In this document: piece by piece, positions 17,252-26,956 of the stretch
Layout: each line of letters starts with the position of its first letter
Numbering within the stretch: the first letter of the stretch is position 1
Virus record (IMG/VR): IMGVR_UViG_3300048625_000009
Coordinates: 1 to 60,533 of that record
DNA: 60,533 nucleotides
Source: a virus
Lineage: Duplodnaviria > Caudoviricetes
Strand: one strand, 5' to 3'
The notes under the pieces: model-generated
What the model was told of the DNA's origin: nothing
What the model saw: the letters and a program-made list of their open reading frames with translations, nothing else
Database searches by the model: none
Made by a program: the position numbers and the translations under genes

Positions 17252-20130
17252 GCTTGGGCTTCAGACCAGAATAGGTTGATGTTAATGTTTGATGCTCCAC
17301 CACTCGACGCGATGTTTTTAACAACAACAGCTAAAACGTCTGGACCGTCTGGATAGTTTGAATAACCACCAATAGCTGAGTTCGTTAATTCTTTAAGTTC
17401 TGATAAGTCAATCTCAGCAAAACCAGCTGGTTGTCCAAGTGTTGAGAAGTTTTGTTCACCTGGAGTTGCTGCAGTAGAAGTACTGGTAGATACTTGGGCA
17501 AAGGATGGCTGTGAGCCTAGACCAACAGTGTTAACTGCAGTCCATGTTAATGTAGACGCATCAATATTTCCAGGGTTTAGAATACCATAAACCTGAACTG
17601 GAACGTCTGACTGAATCTGTAAGTTTTGTAGTAACAACTGTGATCGGTTAATTAGATCTCGATCTCCAAAATTACCAGCAATTGAGTTTGACACTGATGG
17701 GGCTAAACGTAGGAAGAATGCAGTTTTGGACTGTCCACCAGATAGTGTAATACCTGTTGCAGCGTAGTTAAAGTAGTAACCACGATCTGAGTCGAAATTA
17801 CCATCCATGATGTAAGAAGATCCCCAGTGGTTAATAATTGGAGAACATGTACATGTGATAAGAGTTACTGAGTTATATCCATTACCAACTGCATGAACTG
17901 CCGCTGCACCACCAGAGAATGATTTAGTAGAACCACCTACAAACATAGAGAAAGACGCTCCACGTGTTAGACCAGTTAATGTATTACCAGACTTGCCTGT
18001 ATATTGAATATACTCACTATCAATTAAAACTACACCACCTGTAGATGGGAAACGAGAAGCATCAAATAATGTCATTGATGTTACAGAGTTATTCATTGCA
18101 ACTGCAAGTCGATCTCTAGCTGATTCATTGATGGCTTGATAACGAACAGCAGTATTACCTGTACGCATATATGCTTCATCGTTTACGTTGTTCTGTTTCA
18201 TACGATGAACCAGAATCATATTACCGTCACCACCACGACACATAAAGTCGATAAAACCTGCACCATACCAAGAGAACGAGATACCAAGCATCTGCATCTT
18301 GTTTAGGTTAATGTTATAACCTGAAATACCAGTACCATCAATTTTATCAAAGTTGAATTGAGACTGTGGGATACGTTGATCTAGAACCTGTGCAATTTTA
18401 ATACCAGCAGAGTTATTGACACCACGATACTCTGGGTTAATTGACATTGTATTATCGTCTGTGATAGAACCAACACGATATGTCATACCACGAATAACGA
18501 TAGTATCACCAACCTTCAATTGTTGAGTGAAACGACAAGATGTACCTGTTACTGACTGAGACCCTGCAGTAACAGAAACGAAACCAGATAATTGATATGT
18601 GGCAGAACGTTTAACGACTGCAAGTTCTTGCCCATCAAATTCCCAGAAAATGCCGTTTTGATCATCGAATGGACCGCAACGAGTAGAAGCTCCAACCCAA
18701 TTTTTAACAGTAACACGTGGAAGGTTGGTAATAACAGCAGTTGTACTAGCAAGCTGAGTGATAGCATTAACTGTGAATGTAGATTCGTTAACAACAGTAC
18801 CTACACCATACGTGCCATTATAACCAGCGGTAACAACACCTGCAATCTGAATAGTAGCACCAGCTTGTAATCCATGGTCAATCTCAGTCGAGACTGTAAT
18901 AACAGAACCCACACTAGTACCTGCAGCAGAAATCTGATCCAAGTTCATAACTGGGTTGAACAAAACACCAGAAGTCCAGAGCATGCCTTTACCAGATTGG
19001 TAACGCATGTATTTCTTTGTTTGACGAGAAACAGAAGCTCCATGTGATGGTAAGAATGTGCCGATGTTAACACCACCATCAAATGGACGATGTTGAACAT
19101 AAGCATCTGATCGAGTATAAGTCTTGGCAATAATACCAGAGTTTGCTACTGCGCCACCAACTCGTGCCGTAAATGTGAATGTAGTTGAAGATGGTACAGT
19201 CTCAACGAAAAAGTTACCACCCATCAAATTATGGTTAGTTTCAGAAGAAGTAACTACGTTAACAAGAGGGCATCCAGCAACTAAACCATGTGGAGCAGAA
19301 CATGTAACTGTAATCTTAGAAGGGGAATTAGTATCAGAAACATATCCAGTAATTGGAAGGTCAGCCCCAGCATAGAAGCCACCACGACGAGCATATGTTG
19401 ACTGATTGTAAACAGTTGTGCCGTTAACACCAACGATACCTTTAGCAAAAAATGTAAATGTAGTAGTGTCAGGAACTGTTGCAACAACGAACGCTCCTTC
19501 AGAACGAGCAGCATTTGATACGCCTGCAGTACCAAAGATAATTACTGGCTGCGCGATAGAAAGTCCGTGTGGTTGAGAACATGTAACCGTCATAATAGAA
19601 GGATTACCGCCGTCAGATGTAATATTAGTCATGAACAAATCAAGACCTGGTTTTTCGTAAATACCTGGAATTCCGCGGATGTCAGAATAGTTCTGCCACT
19701 TAGTTGGCTGAAGACCATACTCAAAGTCAGCATCAATCATTGCCATTGGCTGAGCGACACGTTGGCGTTCAATAGCATCAACACCGAATGCATATGGGCG
19801 AATAATGTTACCGATCTGTTTTGGAGCGTCAGTGTAAATCGCGATCTTATCAGAAGACAGCATAGAAGCAGTATCAGCAGCGAATGTTACAGTACTTGCG
19901 CCTACTTGTTCAGAATACTGCGACGTATCACCCATGAATGTTGTATCATCTGGGTTATATGAGATAGAACCATTCTTAGTTGGGTCACCAATCGCATAGA
20001 TGTTTGTCTGTTGCGTCTTGTTTGCAATAATCAAAAGTTGAGTCAGGTCAACTTTTCCAGGGAATTTTAAAGTACCTTGCCCTGCAGCGTTTGGGGAAAA
20101 TATGTATTTTTCAATTAACTGACGTGCCAT
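17248..20130 (-). CDS. Large virion structural protein (960 aa), beta-rich with three TVTxxxxHGL repeats
   Basis: Long ORF in fibre cluster; repeats TVTCSQPHGL, TVTCSAPHGL, TVSTEIDHGL each followed by G-x-F/Y-x-V...TFT. Confidence 0.7.
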   Translation of the reverse strand: MARQLIEKYIFSPNAAGQGTLKFPGKVDLTQLLIIANKTQQTNIYAIGDPTKNGSISYNPDDTTFMGDTSQYSEQVGASTVTFAADTASMLSSDKIAIYTDAPKQIGNIIRPYAFGVDAIERQRVAQPMAMIDADFEYGLQPTKWQNYSDIRGIPGIYEKPGLDLFMTNITSDGGNPSIMTVTCSQPHGLSIAQPVIIFGTAGVSNAARSEGAFVVATVPDTTTFTFFAKGIVGVNGTTVYNQSTYARRGGFYAGADLPITGYVSDTNSPSKITVTCSAPHGLVAGCPLVNVVTSSETNHNLMGGNFFVETVPSSTTFTFTARVGGAVANSGIIAKTYTRSDAYVQHRPFDGGVNIGTFLPSHGASVSRQTKKYMRYQSGKGMLWTSGVLFNPVMNLDQISAAGTSVGSVITVSTEIDHGLQAGATIQIAGVVTAGYNGTYGVGTVVNESTFTVNAITQLASTTAVITNLPRVTVKNWVGASTRCGPFDDQNGIFWEFDGQELAVVKRSATYQLSGFVSVTAGSQSVTGTSCRFTQQLKVGDTIVIRGMTYRVGSITDDNTMSINPEYRGVNNSAGIKIAQVLDQRIPQSQFNFDKIDGTGISGYNINLNKMQMLGISFSWYGAGFIDFMCRGGDGNMILVHRMKQNNVNDEAYMRTGNTAVRYQAINESARDRLAVAMNNSVTSMTLFDASRFPSTGGVVLIDSEYIQYTGKSGNTLTGLTRGASFSMFVGGSTKSFSGGAAAVHAVGNGYNSVTLITCTCSPIINHWGSSYIMDGNFDSDRGYYFNYAATGITLSGGQSKTAFFLRLAPSVSNSIAGNFGDRDLINRSQLLLQNLQIQSDVPVQVYGILNPGNIDASTLTWTAVNTVGLGSQPSFAQVSTSTSTAATPGEQNFSTLGQPAGFAEIDLSELKELTNSAIGGYSNYPDGPDVLAVVVKNIASSGGASNININLFWSEAQA

Positions 20131-20139
20131 TGTATATCC

Positions 20140-20754
20140 TTAGAAGCCGAAAATAATAGAATAACCAAGATAGTCTGATTTGACAGATTGGTCAATGTTG
20201 TTTAACGAGATAATACCCGTAAAGCTCAATACACCTAAGTCATAGATGTTGTTTGATACACCTGTTACTAATCCTTCATCTTCTGATACTGTGATAACAC
20301 CGTCAGTGATTAAACCCATATCATATTGTGATGAAGCGAAAACAGCAGATGCCACAACAGCATTAGAGTCAGCGTTGACCCATTGCGTGCCATTGTATGT
20401 AAGAACCTGTTGTGTTTTTGGAGTTGCTAGATTAACGTCAGATAGAGTTGATAACTGACCAGCATTTGGATTAGACCATTGAATGCCAGATCCTGTGGAC
20501 ATTAAAACTTGCCCAGAGTTACCAACACTATTGTTAATGGTTAAGGTTCCTGATAGTACAGGAGATGAGATTGTTTTGTTCGTCAGAGTCTGAGTTGATG
20601 AACTTGACCCGAGATGTTGAATTGTATTGGAAGAATCTGTGAAATACAGTTTACCATCAGCATAGTTTAATGCTAACTCACCGTATACTAAATCATCAGT
20701 AGTTGGTACTTTTGATCCAACTGATGATTTCTTGAGTATAATTTTATTACTCAT
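20140..20754 (-). CDS. Short tail-fibre-like structural protein
   Basis: N-terminal IILKKSSV...P...GELALNYADGKLYF fibre-anchoring motif; QTLTNKT, GQVL and LSDV shaft motifs. Confidence 0.7.
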   Translation of the reverse strand: MSNKIILKKSSVGSKVPTTDDLVYGELALNYADGKLYFTDSSNTIQHLGSSSSTQTLTNKTISSPVLSGTLTINNSVGNSGQVLMSTGSGIQWSNPNAGQLSTLSDVNLATPKTQQVLTYNGTQWVNADSNAVVASAVFASSQYDMGLITDGVITVSEDEGLVTGVSNNIYDLGVLSFTGIISLNNIDQSVKSDYLGYSIIFGF

Positions 20755-20776
20755 TCATCTTCCTAAAAAGGTTAAA

Positions 20777-20796
20777 GCTGGGGTAAAAACCCCAGC
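20777..20796 (-). terminator. GC-rich hairpin (terminator or 5' leader stem)
   Basis: GCTGGGGT-TTTT-ACCCCAGC followed by a short TTT on the minus strand; late core TAAATA at 20807-20812 lies just upstream. Confidence 0.55.
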
Positions 20797-20815
20797 GGAC
20801 TAAGTTTATTTAGTC

Positions 20816-22849
20816 TTAATATGTGCCACCGTCAATATTGAATCCATCAAGATTAGAACTAGAAGCACCAGAGCCAATAATGTCTGTACCAACATAAACT
20901 TTCTTCGCTACAGATAGACCACCAGACAGAACAACAGCAGCAGTTCCAAGAGGACCAGCGTCTGTTGTATTGGTAAATGTTACTAATCCAGAAGCAGAAA
21001 GAGTTGTAGCAGCTACTGAACCAGCGAATGAAGAAGATGTGATTGTCTTATTGCTTAGTGCTTCAGTACCAGCTAATGTTGCTAATGTACCAGTAGTAGG
21101 TAATGTAACACTAGTTACATCAGTTACTGTTAGTGTAGTAGCATACGCACCAGCAGTAGTAAGGTTACCGCCAAGAGTAATTGTCTTAGAACCGTTATTA
21201 ACACCAGTACCACCATAAGTTGGTCCAATGATAGTACCTTGCCAAACACCAGTACCGATAGTACCTAATGTAGTTATAGATGATTGACCCACATATGTTG
21301 ATGCAATGTCAATGCTATCTGCATTAACAGTGATTCTGTTTGATGTACCAACAACAGCGAGTACACCAGATGTTAGTGTTAAACCATCACCAGCGACAGT
21401 AGATTTTAATTGTAGGTTATCAGAAGTGATTTCCAAACCACCTGAAGATGCTACATTAACTTCTAGTGTGTAACCATTTTTAGAAAGACCATTACCAGCA
21501 ATTAGTGTACCAGACGCTGAGAATAATGTGAACGTTAAAGCAGTAGAACCAACAGTTACTGTACCATCAGTTGTTAGTACAAAACCACAGTCACTGTTAA
21601 CAGTACCTTGTTCAACGAAAGTAAATACACCAGATGTAACTTCATTCGGCGCATCAAAGTCTGTGGCACGAGTCCATGCGCCGTCAGCAACTACATAGAT
21701 ACCATTCTGAGAACCAGTGCTTTGGTCTTTAACAAGAACTCGGTCTCCAACAGAAAGATCAATACCATCAATATTTTGTGTATTACTTAATGTAATGTCA
21801 CCTGTAGTAGCAACACGAACTGATTGTTTAACATCTAAACCAGAACGAGCAGCGTCAACATAGTATTTTGTAGCAGCATCAGAGTCTGATACAGGTTCTG
21901 CTACGTTAGTGATACGAGAAGCAGAAACGTTAACTGTACCAGTACCATTAGGGTCTAGAACAATATTACCGTTTGTATCTGTAGAAGAAATTGTGTTACC
22001 AGTAACACGGATATTACCAACGTCTACTTGAGTAAGACCTGCGATAGTAGTAGAAGAACTACCAAGAGCAACTGTAGTTGTACCAAATGTTACAGAACTA
22101 TTAACAAGAGAAGAATTTCCGATGTTAGATAGTGTATTAGAAGAACCACTAATAGACTTATTAGTTAAAGTCTGAGAACCAGTTAATGTAGCGACTGTGG
22201 AGTCAATGTCGAAAGTTACTGTATTTGCAGTAACAGTAGAAGTGATACCAGTACCACCAACAAAACCAAGTGTCTCGCTTAAAAGAGAGATACCATCAGT
22301 GCCAGTGTCGCCAGTAATGTTTAGTGTTGTTGCGATATTAGCAGTAGAAACTGCAGTGATTAAACCCTTACCATTTACTGTGATAATAGGGATTGCAGTG
22401 GCAGAACCGAATTGACCAGTATTACTGTTAACAGTTGCTAATGTGATAGCTTGGCTATAATTAGCAGATCCATCAAACGAACCAGAAGCAGTAGCATCAC
22501 CAGTTAAAGCGATAGTACGAGCAGTTGCTAATTTAGTTGATGTAGCCGCATTACCAGTTAAATCTGCAGTGATTGTACCAGCAGTAAAGTTACCAGAAGC
22601 ATCTCTCTTAACTAGAGTAGATGCAGTGTTTAGATTGGTCGCTGCAGTTACCATGTCGGTAAAGAACTTACCACCGATAACTACGTGAGAAGCAGCATTT
22701 CCTGCAGTCTCTGAGCCCATACCAATGTATAAACGATCACCACCGTTGGAACCGTTATCTGCTAATGCTGAGTAGGCTAGTTCTCCAGCACCAAGGGTAC
22801 TTGGGTTCCCTGATACTGAAGAACGTTTAATTCTAATAATTGATGCCAT
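20816..22849 (-). CDS. Tail fibre protein
   Basis: IIRIKRSS...LGAGELAYS N-terminus; RDASGNF, LATARTI, DAATKYYVD and DVKQSVRVATT..GDRVLVKDQ..NGIY fibre motifs. Confidence 0.85.
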   Translation of the reverse strand: MASIIRIKRSSVSGNPSTLGAGELAYSALADNGSNGGDRLYIGMGSETAGNAASHVVIGGKFFTDMVTAATNLNTASTLVKRDASGNFTAGTITADLTGNAATSTKLATARTIALTGDATASGSFDGSANYSQAITLATVNSNTGQFGSATAIPIITVNGKGLITAVSTANIATTLNITGDTGTDGISLLSETLGFVGGTGITSTVTANTVTFDIDSTVATLTGSQTLTNKSISGSSNTLSNIGNSSLVNSSVTFGTTTVALGSSSTTIAGLTQVDVGNIRVTGNTISSTDTNGNIVLDPNGTGTVNVSASRITNVAEPVSDSDAATKYYVDAARSGLDVKQSVRVATTGDITLSNTQNIDGIDLSVGDRVLVKDQSTGSQNGIYVVADGAWTRATDFDAPNEVTSGVFTFVEQGTVNSDCGFVLTTDGTVTVGSTALTFTLFSASGTLIAGNGLSKNGYTLEVNVASSGGLEITSDNLQLKSTVAGDGLTLTSGVLAVVGTSNRITVNADSIDIASTYVGQSSITTLGTIGTGVWQGTIIGPTYGGTGVNNGSKTITLGGNLTTAGAYATTLTVTDVTSVTLPTTGTLATLAGTEALSNKTITSSSFAGSVAATTLSASGLVTFTNTTDAGPLGTAAVVLSGGLSVAKKVYVGTDIIGSGASSSNLDGFNIDGGTY

Positions 22850-22863
22850 CTTTTATTTCTCCA

Positions 22864-23109
22864 TTAAAATTCTCCACCTTCCATGTCTTGTGCATCTAAG
22901 GTGGTTGTGGATGTCCACTTGTTTGTTATTGTTTTGTATACCAAAATAGACCCGTCAATCCTATTTGTAGCATCAACATCTGCGATATTCGATATTGATT
23001 CAACTACAGAAGGGTTGGCCACGTTTGATGAAGAAAGTGTAAGAACACCCTCAGAGACTGCTACCTGAAGTGCTTCATCTGGAGTTACAATAGCTATTGT
23101 ATCTGTCAT
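22864..23109 (-). CDS. Small structural protein of the fibre cluster
   Basis: Ends in EGGEF, similar to the DGGTY end of the neighbouring fibre; IADVD..GSILVY motif. Confidence 0.6.
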   Translation of the reverse strand: MTDTIAIVTPDEALQVAVSEGVLTLSSSNVANPSVVESISNIADVDATNRIDGSILVYKTITNKWTSTTTLDAQDMEGGEF

Positions 23110-23112
23110 TGT

Positions 23113-23448
23113 TTAAATCTGTGTTATTTGTGGGTTAACAGTTACGATACCCTCGACCACTCTAGTTTTTGTGCCAGATGGTGATGTGATTTCTACGTCA
23201 TATAACCAGCGTCCCGCAGGAATAGCTGATGATTGGTCTGAATCAAGTTGGAGGCGAACTTTTCCGTTCGCTGCATCGTAGATAGATGCGGTGAAGTTAT
23301 AGGCTACAGATGAGCTATACGACTTTCTCATTTGAGACTTAGCCGTATATCCTGTTAAATTTAGCGCTTGCCCATTCGTAGCAGCAACAGTGATGATATT
23401 ACTGTAGTTAGCACCAGCGTCTACGAAAAGATTGCTAATTGTCGCCAT
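23113..23448 (-). CDS. Conserved T4-like virion protein (fibre adaptor-like)
   Basis: NLFVDAGANY...NLTGYTAKSQMRKSY...GRWLYDVEI...RVVEGIVTVNP pattern seen in large myophage structural clusters. Confidence 0.7.
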   Translation of the reverse strand: MATISNLFVDAGANYSNIITVAATNGQALNLTGYTAKSQMRKSYSSSVAYNFTASIYDAANGKVRLQLDSDQSSAIPAGRWLYDVEITSPSGTKTRVVEGIVTVNPQITQI

Positions 23449-23478
23449 CGTTTAATCCTAAAATGATTCTTATCATCT

Positions 23479-23486
23479 TATTTATA
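23479..23486 (-). promoter_or_regulatory. Consensus T4 late promoter TATAAATA
   Basis: Exact tatttata on + strand, intergenic, upstream of 23448. Confidence 0.75.
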
Positions 23487-23503
23487 AAGGATGGAATTTG
23501 CAA

Positions 23504-24892
23504 TTAAACTGCAAGGATAGGAATTATCTTTTTAGCTTTTCTAGTCTTTTCAGGTTTCCCGTTAACCCACCAGAAAATGTCTTTTCTGTCCTGTCTCAGA
23601 GGACCATCGATGTACATAGGGACGAATCCAGTGGCTGTTTCAATCGCTGTCGCAAACACTACAATGTTATCGCTGTATGCGTTATTGCAAGAAGCCTCCC
23701 AGAGATCTCCAGAAAGGAACATACAAGCGCCTTTACAGATATGGATAACTGGACACTTAGGGCATTCTTCTCTATCTTTCCAGTGCGTAGAAGTATCTAA
23801 TCTTACAGCATCTAGATCAGAAACATGGCCAATTTTATGCGAAACACCAGCTGGGTTGTTAGAAACAGCACTCACGTTCTGGCAGGTTAGTACGTTTCCA
23901 TTTAAGTCTACTGCCATAGAACCAGACTTATCCATACCACACTTCTGTGGTAGTGATTCGATCCTTCTCCCAGAATAGATACCGTTCAAGAAACCTTTAA
24001 CTTTATCACCAATAGCCATGAAACGAGTAACCTTAGTTTCTCTAAGTTCATTATATGCTAAGTTTCTAAATTTGATTTCCTCTTCTTCATCTTGAAGAGA
24101 GTTTGTCATACCACCTTCGTCGTATGCGTCTACGAAACCACCTTCGCCAATAGTCACGTACTGGATCCAGTCTTCCCCAACATTGTCTCGAATGAAGTTG
24201 ACAAAATATCTTTCAATGTCAGCGCGACTAACGTTCTTATTGTTAATCATTGCATTGAATGAGAACTTATTTTGAGGCGCGAGAATCTTAAATGCATGAA
24301 GAATAGCTTCTTTAGATTTTGCATCTTCTAGGGGATCTGGTCCACGAACGTGTTGACCTGGACCATCGTGGGAAAAACCAATCCAGAAGCCGTGTTTGTC
24401 TAGCCACTCAATCTTATCCATATCCAACAAACTACCGTTAGTGATAACTGAGCGAGTTGAGTTTGGATACTTTTCTACAATAGCCTCTACTAATGGTTTC
24501 ATCGTTTTCCAATAAACGAAAGGCTCGCCACCCCAGAATTCAAAATGTGTACCTAGTCCCTGACCATCATCGCCGCCTTGATACCAAGTAGACATATTTT
24601 CTACGAATGGTAGAACGTCATCTGGATTAGTAGAATCTGCATGTGGGACAAAACGTTGTGAGCAATAATCACACTCAAAATTACAAGAAAGACCGAGCTG
24701 GACTTTAATTGTCTTTAGATCTTTTTTAGAGTGTTCTATCTTTGCGGGCTCAGCGACTGGTGGAGAAGTTATCGTGCCATTTAGAATATGGGTTCCATCT
24801 TGCCACTTTAGAGTGCTAAGAGAACTATCATATATCATGACTCTTTCTTCTTGATTGACTGGGTTCCATGCTTTAATTTCAAACGTTGCCAT
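23504..24892 (-). CDS. Radical SAM enzyme with C-terminal SPASM domain (peptide/protein maturase type)
   Basis: CNFECDYC (Cx3Cx2C), FWGGEP, ITNGSLL, SHDGP; SPASM cysteines KCG...GNVLTC...CPKCPVIHICKGAC...C. Confidence 0.92.
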   Translation of the reverse strand: MATFEIKAWNPVNQEERVMIYDSSLSTLKWQDGTHILNGTITSPPVAEPAKIEHSKKDLKTIKVQLGLSCNFECDYCSQRFVPHADSTNPDDVLPFVENMSTWYQGGDDGQGLGTHFEFWGGEPFVYWKTMKPLVEAIVEKYPNSTRSVITNGSLLDMDKIEWLDKHGFWIGFSHDGPGQHVRGPDPLEDAKSKEAILHAFKILAPQNKFSFNAMINNKNVSRADIERYFVNFIRDNVGEDWIQYVTIGEGGFVDAYDEGGMTNSLQDEEEEIKFRNLAYNELRETKVTRFMAIGDKVKGFLNGIYSGRRIESLPQKCGMDKSGSMAVDLNGNVLTCQNVSAVSNNPAGVSHKIGHVSDLDAVRLDTSTHWKDREECPKCPVIHICKGACMFLSGDLWEASCNNAYSDNIVVFATAIETATGFVPMYIDGPLRQDRKDIFWWVNGKPEKTRKAKKIIPILAV

Positions 24893-24900
24893 TATTTACC

Positions 24901-25950
24901 TCAATTTTGTGGGGGTTGTGCGTATATATTTTTGTATCCATCAAGTAAAAATAACCATGTTGGATCAGTAGCTAAGAAAGAAGAAATACGTTTTTCTTTA
25001 TTTTTAGCGTAGTGGGTTTCACCAAACATCTCATCTAGTACCTGACGCATTTGCCATCTATGTGTATTCGGATCACCTTTAATTTTCGTGAAAGGTTCTT
25101 TCGTATTGATAGCCCATTCTTGAAATTTTGTAGAATTGAAAAACCCATGAACTCTAGAAGCCACCTGTGGGGGTACTTGAGTTTTATGTTCATAAATTGC
25201 AGTATACCAGTCTAAGTTGAAAATACAGTACCATCTTAGATCGTTAACTGTTTCTATTTTCTTAGGTGATGTCTTTATGATTGGATCTAAAAATTCTAGT
25301 AACTCTGTATTTATGTGTTTCTCATACGGTTCATATATGGTTTCTGGAGTACCCAGTGTATGATGAAACATAGCAGTGTTGCCAGTAGCGAAAAAGTTAT
25401 CTGTTGGACCAAACAGCTGATTTCCACACATACCACTCACAAAAATTGAATCATCATCTATCTGGTAGTTGAATTCATTGATTGTAGGTTTTTGTATAAA
25501 GCAATCAAACTCGTGTTTAATTCTTCTGTCGAACATATTACCAGATTCAATAATCGAGTTGTATGTGCCATATACTCTAATCTGTTCAGGGTCATTAGCA
25601 AAATGACGAAGCAAGAACAGTATATAAGTGCTATCTATACCACCACTCCACATAACATTTATTTTCTTACCTAATGATAGCAGTTCTTTCGCTCTAATCT
25701 CAGAAATATCAAAAAATGATTTATTATATCCATCTATCTTAGATGGCATAGGATGCAGGTCTGGGGTAATATTGAGGAAGTGTGGTAGGTGATTGGTTCT
25801 ATCGTAAACTACGTTGAACCTATTCATCCCAAACTTTTCATACTGATTGAAAAGTGCGGCGTTGTAAGAAGCTGAATAATAATCACTGAATATATGGTTG
25901 TTGCTACGAATAACGTCGCAAACTTTATGGGTGTTATAGTATAAAATCAT
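24901..25950 (-). CDS. PP-loop (N-type) ATP pyrophosphatase, asparagine-synthetase-C-like
   Basis: VMWSGGIDST PP-loop; FVSGMCGNQLFG resembles the Asn synthetase SGxGADELFG motif; no glutaminase domain. Confidence 0.7.
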   Translation of the reverse strand: MILYYNTHKVCDVIRSNNHIFSDYYSASYNAALFNQYEKFGMNRFNVVYDRTNHLPHFLNITPDLHPMPSKIDGYNKSFFDISEIRAKELLSLGKKINVMWSGGIDSTYILFLLRHFANDPEQIRVYGTYNSIIESGNMFDRRIKHEFDCFIQKPTINEFNYQIDDDSIFVSGMCGNQLFGPTDNFFATGNTAMFHHTLGTPETIYEPYEKHINTELLEFLDPIIKTSPKKIETVNDLRWYCIFNLDWYTAIYEHKTQVPPQVASRVHGFFNSTKFQEWAINTKEPFTKIKGDPNTHRWQMRQVLDEMFGETHYAKNKEKRISSFLATDPTWLFLLDGYKNIYAQPPQN

Positions 25951-25965
25951 AATGTCCTCGAAATG

Positions 25966-25991
25966 AAAAAGGGGATGACTTGCATCCCCTT
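25966..25991 (-). terminator. Intrinsic terminator after the dctP-like gene
   Basis: Minus strand AAGGGGATG-CAAGT-CATCCCCTTTTT. Confidence 0.85.
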
Positions 25992-26010
25992 ACATAATCT
26001 ACTTAGTCAC

Positions 26011-26955
26011 TTAGTGTAACTGAATTTTCTGAACTAGACCTGGAGTGAAATAGTCAGCAAACTTGTCATACACTGCAGAAGTTGCTTGGACGAATTTAGT
26101 CTTTTCTTCTTCAGACATAGTCACCAACTGAACACCCTTTGCTTGGAAGTCAGCGATAATCCCTGGAACATCAGCAACAGACTCACGACGTTCTTGGCGT
26201 GCAGCAACGAAAGCAGCATCAGAAAGAATCTGTTGAGTTTCTTCGTCGAACTGTGACATCCAATCTTTGTTAACGATAATGCTAGTCAACAAGAGGTTGT
26301 GATTAGTTTCATTGATGTATCCAAACGCTTCAGTTTGGTTTAATGGGAATACACGAACGTATGTAGACTCACCACCATCAACTAGACCAGCCTTGCCAGC
26401 TTCAGTCAAGTGTTCAATATCGATAGATTGGTTTGGAGTAGCACCTAGTGTAGAGAAAATTTCCATACATACTGGGCTCTTGCTAGTGCGGATGTCCATA
26501 CCTTGGAAGTCTTCAACTTTAGTGATAGCCTTCTTAGCTGGAACAATTTTGTAACCACCAGAGTATGTGAATGCTAGACCTTGGACATTGCTTTTAGCAG
26601 CAACACCAGCTAATAATCCTTTACCGATTTCACCTTCTAAAACACGATCGACGTGGTCATGGTCAGAGAATAAGAATGGAAGATCTAATGCATGAAGATC
26701 TTTATTATAGTCGCCTAGCCAGTTAGAATAAATGTGGCTCATTTCAATAGCACCAGTATCGATCAAGTTCAATAGATCGTGCTTAGTGATAGCCTTGCCA
26801 CTGTTATATTTGCTAGAATAATCTGTTAAAGAAAGAACTTCGATGACAAAAGCACCGTTTGTTTTCTGATTAACTTCTTTAGCGAATCGTTCTGCTACTT
26901 TCAAAAACAAACCGATTGGTTCGTGGGCGATAACCCATTTTACATGTTTAGTCAT
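26011..26955 (-). CDS. dctP: TRAP transporter substrate-binding protein, DctP family; likely start MTKHVKW at 26955
   Basis: FAKEVNQKTNG, GAIEM, ALDLPFLFSD, DFQGMDIRT, LGATP, GLVDGGE, ETNH and IIVNKDW..FDEETQQIL match the DctP fold; AAGGA RBS before 26955. Confidence 0.85.
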   Translation of the reverse strand: MTKHVKWVIAHEPIGLFLKVAERFAKEVNQKTNGAFVIEVLSLTDYSSKYNSGKAITKHDLLNLIDTGAIEMSHIYSNWLGDYNKDLHALDLPFLFSDHDHVDRVLEGEIGKGLLAGVAAKSNVQGLAFTYSGGYKIVPAKKAITKVEDFQGMDIRTSKSPVCMEIFSTLGATPNQSIDIEHLTEAGKAGLVDGGESTYVRVFPLNQTEAFGYINETNHNLLLTSIIVNKDWMSQFDEETQQILSDAAFVAARQERRESVADVPGIIADFQAKGVQLVTMSEEEKTKFVQATSAVYDKFADYFTPGLVQKIQLH

Positions 26956-26956
26956 T

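Noticed and set aside
23504-25950. rSAM plus PP-loop read as QueE/QueC 7-deazaguanine DNA modification
   Set aside because: The rSAM is long with a SPASM domain, unlike QueE; the ATPase lacks the QueC Zn-Cys motif; no folE, queD or dpdA is nearby; the context is late structural.
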